IMG/VR virus record: IMGVR_UViG_3300005764_000017
Location: 1,483-65,482 of that record
Source of the DNA: a virus
Lineage: Duplodnaviria; Caudoviricetes
Length of the DNA: 64,000 bases
Direction: 5' to 3' (one strand)
Within the stretch, counting starts at the first letter, position 1, and the number at the start of each line of letters is the position of its first letter. Shown piece by piece: positions 60,498 through 64,000 of the stretch. The notes under the pieces were generated by a model, which was given only the letters and a program-made list of their open reading frames with translations, was not told where the DNA came from and made no database searches. A program made the position numbers and the translations under genes.

Positions 60498-60689
60498 ATG
60501 ATCCGGCCCTACCAGCGGCCGCGGCTATGGCCGCTGGTCCTGGCTGTGGCCCTGCTGGTCGTCGGCGCCGGAGTCGAGTTCGGCACGGGGCAGGCGATCG
60601 AGGGGCGCGCCGCGGCGGCGCGCCACCTGGACCCGCAGTCGCTGCCGCTGTGCACGACGCGGGTGGCGACGAGGGAGGTGGCGCGGTGA
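60498..60689 (+). CDS. small membrane protein
   Basis: LWPLVLAVALLVVGAGV. Confidence 0.5.
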   Translation: MIRPYQRPRLWPLVLAVALLVVGAGVEFGTGQAIEGRAAAARHLDPQSLPLCTTRVATREVAR

Positions 60690-60985
60690 CCGCGTACGCC
60701 TGGCTCGGCCAAGCTGCTACCGACGCGGCCGAGGAGGCCTGCCGGCTGCGCTACCTCGGCGTCGTCCCCGGCTCCGGGCCGGTGGTGCCTGCCTCCGCGG
60801 ACGCTCCCCCGCCGGCGGATGGACGTGCGCACGCCGGCCCGGGGGCGAGTGGACACGTCCCCACGGACGGGGCAGGGCTCGACCATGTTCCCGGGCCTGG
60901 AGTCGGCGAGGCGGAGCACACGGCCGCTGAGCCGCGCCCCGTCCCTCTGGATGCCCTGCGCCGCATCGGGCAGGGACGACGATGA
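60686..60985 (+). CDS. hypothetical protein
   Basis: GGGAGG RBS, GTGA overlap. Confidence 0.4.
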   Translation: MTAYAWLGQAATDAAEEACRLRYLGVVPGSGPVVPASADAPPPADGRAHAGPGASGHVPTDGAGLDHVPGPGVGEAEHTAAEPRPVPLDALRRIGQGRR

Positions 60986-61106
60986 CAGCTTCCTCCTTCG
61001 ATCCCGGCAGGGGCCCGGCCGGCGGGCCGGGTCCCTCTTCTCCTGACCTTCCTCCCGCATCCCCAGGGGCGTCGGCTTCGGCCGGCGCCCTCCGCGGGGT
61101 GACGCG

Positions 61107-61202
61107 ATGAGCCCATCGGCGATGCGCCTGACGATAGGCGTGCTCATCCTCAGCGTCTTCGTCCTGCTGTGCGCCGCGGTCATCTACGGAGGCCAGCCGT
61201 GA
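61107..61202 (+). CDS. 31-aa single-TM protein
   Basis: MSPSAMRLTIGVLILSVFVLLCAAVIYGGQP*, overlaps next start. Confidence 0.45.
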   Translation: MSPSAMRLTIGVLILSVFVLLCAAVIYGGQP

Positions 61203-61360
61203 GCCTGCTCTCGACGCCGCTCACCGAGGCCGAGCGCCAGGAGCGCGAGCGTGCGGCGCAGCAGGTCGGGCTCGCCGCCCGGGTGTTCATCGCCGCGGTC
61301 CTTGTGGGCCCGATGGTCGCGTTCGGGGTGGCGCTGCTCGTGATGAGGGGGCTGGGATGA
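61199..61360 (+). CDS. small membrane protein
   Basis: Coupled; C-terminal TM helix. Confidence 0.5.
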   Translation: MSLLSTPLTEAERQERERAAQQVGLAARVFIAAVLVGPMVAFGVALLVMRGLG

Positions 61361-61563
61361 CGCTCGACCAAGTCGTCGCCGAACTCGCCTATCAGCGCAA
61401 CTTGCGTGGCCTGTCGCAGTCGAGCGTGGCCGAGCGAATGGGCGTCTCCCGCCAACTTGTGGCCAGCCTGGAGGTTCGCAGGCATGTCGGCCGCCTCTCG
61501 ATGGTCACCGACTACGCACTGGCGCTCGGCTACCGCCTGCGCCTGGAGTTGGACCCGCTGTGA
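61357..61563 (+). CDS. Cro/XRE-like HTH protein
   Basis: RNLRGLSQSSVAERMGVSRQLVASLE..YALALGYRL. Confidence 0.8.
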   Translation: MTLDQVVAELAYQRNLRGLSQSSVAERMGVSRQLVASLEVRRHVGRLSMVTDYALALGYRLRLELDPL

Positions 61564-61745
61564 GCCGTGTCTCCCGCGCCTGGACCCGGGCCGATATGTC
61601 CGAGCGGCTGACGCTGTCCTGCTCGCTGCTCGCGCGCGACCTGACCCCGCTCGAATGGCTGCGCCTGGCCAGGCTCGAGGGCCGGCATCGGCGGTTCCTG
61701 CGGGTGCGGCTCGGGCCGCGGAAGGCGTTCAGGAGGGGGCTGTGA
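61560..61745 (+). CDS. hypothetical protein
   Basis: Coupled ORF. Confidence 0.4.
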   Translation: MSRVSRAWTRADMSERLTLSCSLLARDLTPLEWLRLARLEGRHRRFLRVRLGPRKAFRRGL

Positions 61746-61930
61746 GCGAGGCGAAGGTAATGCGTCTGCGGATGGCGCCTCACTTCTGCGACGGCTCCTT
61801 CGGCTACGACGGCGGTTCTCACGCCGGCGTGCGCTGGGAAACCGAGAACGGGTACACGGGCGGCTGCTCGCCCGACCACTGGCACGCATCGCCTGAGGCG
61901 GCGCTGGAGTGCTTCCGAGGAGAGACGTGA
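61742..61930 (+). CDS. hypothetical protein
   Basis: Coupled ORF; GCSPDHWH..ALEC. Confidence 0.5.
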   Translation: MSEAKVMRLRMAPHFCDGSFGYDGGSHAGVRWETENGYTGGCSPDHWHASPEAALECFRGET

Positions 61931-62400
61931 CCACCGAACCGCTCCGCATCGCCACCGAGGCGCGCGTGATCGAGTTCCGCGTCCTGGGCACCCCGCGCCC
62001 GCAGGGCTCGAAGAAGCCTGTGGGCCGCACCAAGACAGGCCGCGTCATCCTCGTCGAGTCCTCCGGCGTGCTGTTGAAGGACTGGCGGGCGGCGGTCACG
62101 TTCGCGGCCAACGCGGCGATGGCGGGCAGGGAACGCATCGCCGGGCCGGTGCTGGTGTCCGTCTGGTTCTCGTTCGCACGCCCGAAGTCGCACTACGGCG
62201 CCCGCGGCCTGCGTCCCAGCGCGCCGCGCGAGCACACACAGGTCCCCGATTTGTCCAAGCTCGCCAGGAGCCTGGAGGACGCCATGACCGACGCTGGCGT
62301 CTGGCGCGACGACAGTCAGGTGGTGCGGTACGGCGCCCTGGAGAAGCACTGGGGCGAGTGGTCGGGGGCGATCGTGCGCGTGGAGGAGCTGGCGGCGTGA
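61927..62400 (+). CDS. rusA: RusA-family Holliday junction resolvase
   Basis: VLGTPRPQGSK, FARPKSH, VPDLSKLARSLEDAMT..VWRDDSQVV. Confidence 0.9.
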   Translation: MTTEPLRIATEARVIEFRVLGTPRPQGSKKPVGRTKTGRVILVESSGVLLKDWRAAVTFAANAAMAGRERIAGPVLVSVWFSFARPKSHYGARGLRPSAPREHTQVPDLSKLARSLEDAMTDAGVWRDDSQVVRYGALEKHWGEWSGAIVRVEELAA

Positions 62401-62513
62401 TGCCCGCCTCCCATGACGCCCTCGTCGCATTGGCCATCGCGGTCCCTGTCGTGCTGCTGGGGACGGCGCTGCTCGCCTTGGTGCTCTATCTCGACGAGAG
62501 GCGCCCGAGATGA
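62400..62513 (+). CDS. 37-aa single-TM protein
   Basis: MPASHDALVALAIAVPVVLLGTALLALVLYLDERRPR*, coupled on both sides. Confidence 0.6.
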   Translation: MPASHDALVALAIAVPVVLLGTALLALVLYLDERRPR

Positions 62514-62761
62514 CCACCGCCCTCCATCGCCGCCAGCACGAGCAGCCGCCCGAGGAGCGGCAGCGCTCGTACGTCCGCTACCGCGTCCAGGTCGAGCGAA
62601 TCCAGGCCGGCAACTGCCCGCGGTGCGATGTGCTGCTCAACCAGGGCCAGGACGACTGGATGTACTGCCCCTGCTGCGAGAGGCGTTTCGCCTGGGCCGA
62701 GAACGGATGGGAGGAGCAGCGCATAACCCGGATCATCGGCCGCTGCGAGCACGGGGCATGA
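62510..62761 (+). CDS. Zn-ribbon hypothetical protein
   Basis: CPRC..YCPCC. Confidence 0.55.
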   Translation: MTTALHRRQHEQPPEERQRSYVRYRVQVERIQAGNCPRCDVLLNQGQDDWMYCPCCERRFAWAENGWEEQRITRIIGRCEHGA

Positions 62762-63174
62762 CGACCCCGCTCCCGCTCCCCGTCGAGGTCACCAATCCGC
62801 GCTGGCTGTGCGGCAACTGCGGCCGGGAGCATCCCCTCGACGGGCCCGCCTGGCCGGTCTGCGGGTGCGGCTGCCGCTGCGCCATCGTGACCGGCGACAA
62901 CCTGGAGCTTCGGGCCTACGTCGGGACGCCTGAGGAGCGCGTGGAGAACGCGCATCGGGCGTACGCCGAGCGCTACCGGTGGTGGTCCTGGCGGCTGGCG
63001 GACCTGCGCGCAGCCCTGGACATGGTCGCCAGCGGCGTGGAGCCGATCTACCCCTGGGACACCCGCCCGGAGCGTGTGTGGACGGCGCTCGTCGCTGACG
63101 CGAACGCGCTGGCCCTCTGCGCCGAAAACGTCGACCGCGTCGAACGCGAGGCGGTCCTGGTGGACCCGAGATGA
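62758..63174 (+). CDS. hypothetical protein
   Basis: CGNCG..CGCGC; coupled. Confidence 0.55.
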   Translation: MTTPLPLPVEVTNPRWLCGNCGREHPLDGPAWPVCGCGCRCAIVTGDNLELRAYVGTPEERVENAHRAYAERYRWWSWRLADLRAALDMVASGVEPIYPWDTRPERVWTALVADANALALCAENVDRVEREAVLVDPR

Positions 63175-63443
63175 CCGCCCTCCGCTGCATGAAGTGCCGG
63201 CGGACCATCCGCAAAGGCCAGGACTGCGTCGTCATCTGCTTCGCCCGCGCTGGCGAGTCCGAGGACGGCCGGGTCGCCACCGAGCCCTGGCTGAGCGTCG
63301 TGACCTGCTTCCGCCAGGGCTGCATGGCGTCGCTGACGCCCGAGGTCATCAGGGAGGCGCGCCAGGCCGAGCTGCGGGCGGTCACCGGGCCCGGCTCCGG
63401 CGAGGCGCCGACCATCGACGAAGAGGAGAGAACTCGTGCCTGA
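63171..63443 (+). CDS. hypothetical protein
   Basis: CMKC..C..C; coupled. Confidence 0.5.
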   Translation: MTALRCMKCRRTIRKGQDCVVICFARAGESEDGRVATEPWLSVVTCFRQGCMASLTPEVIREARQAELRAVTGPGSGEAPTIDEEERTRA

Positions 63444-63651
63444 CGAGACGACCCCCGACCTGGCCAAATACGCCACCATCGACGATCCCTGCCCGTTCTG
63501 CGACGAGGAGGACAGCATCGACTCGCTCGACTCCGACACGGGACCGTATGGTCCCGACGGCCAGTTCGAGACCCACGAGAAGTGGAGCTGCGGCGCCTGC
63601 GAGAAGACGTGGGACGCCATCTTCACGTTCGTCCGGCTGGAGGTGCGGTAG
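63436..63651 (+). CDS. Zn-ribbon hypothetical protein
   Basis: CPFC..CGAC; AGGAG RBS. Confidence 0.55.
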   Translation: MPDETTPDLAKYATIDDPCPFCDEEDSIDSLDSDTGPYGPDGQFETHEKWSCGACEKTWDAIFTFVRLEVR

Positions 63652-64000
63652 TGGGACCCGTCGCCACGCCCCCGCCCGACCGCTACGCGATCGTCGCCCT
63701 GATGGGCCATCGCCAGGTGGCCGGCCGCGTGTCCGAGGAGATGTTCGCCGGCGCCCCGATGTGCCGCGTGGACATCCCGCTCGCCGACGGCACGTTCAGC
63801 ACCCGCCTCTTCGGCGGCTCGGCCATCTACGAGGTGACGTTCGTCGCCGAGGGGGTCGCCCGCGCCGTCGCCGGCCGCGACCCGGCGCACCCGGTCAGCG
63901 TCTGGAGCGCCCGGAGCCTCGGGCTGCTGCCTCAGCACGACCAGCTCCCCGCGCACGCCGAGGACTTCCTCGAGGACGACGAGGAGGACGAGCCCACGGA
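63651..64000 (+). CDS. conserved phage hypothetical protein (runs off window)
   Basis: YAIVALMGHRQVAGRVSEE..CRVDIP..TRLFGGSAIYEVT. Confidence 0.6.
   Translation, partial: MGPVATPPPDRYAIVALMGHRQVAGRVSEEMFAGAPMCRVDIPLADGTFSTRLFGGSAIYEVTFVAEGVARAVAGRDPAHPVSVWSARSLGLLPQHDQLPAHAEDFLEDDEEDEPT

Noticed and set aside
212-63956. Numerous long Arg/Pro/Ala-rich alternative-frame ORFs in the track
   Set aside because: Shadow ORFs expected at about 70% GC, overlapping well-supported genes and lacking motifs.
1-64000. Proof of circularity or terminal repeats
   Set aside because: Both ends lie in early-type genes on the same strand, but no end-to-end overlap is visible, so completeness cannot be shown.

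Overview
The window is most of the genome of a high-GC temperate siphovirus-type phage (HK97-fold capsid, non-contractile tail). The host cannot be determined from sequence, although the gene families are typical of actinobacteria-like soil bacteria. Gene order: early recombination/modification genes (YqaJ, RecT, two DEDD exonucleases, C5 methyltransferase, a second RecT-like protein); excisionase and tyrosine integrase with an apparently intact attP; primase-helicase with an iteron-like origin; an accessory virion-protein block ending in a second major-capsid paralog; terminase; a portal-HAD-HAD-MuF fusion; prohead protease and capsid; a glycosyltransferase/methyltransferase/RmlA cassette; tail genes with a -1 frameshifted chaperone; lysis genes; a Ro60 (TROVE) gene preceded by two tandem Y-RNA-like genes; an immunity region; and more early genes including RusA. 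The strongest candidates for new biology are the Ro60 plus tandem Y RNA module, the portal-phosphatase-MuF fusion, the second capsid paralog, the in-operon glycosylation cassette and a cascade of poly-glycine micro-ORFs upstream of an orphan HicB. All assignments come from motif recognition by eye; no database search was run.
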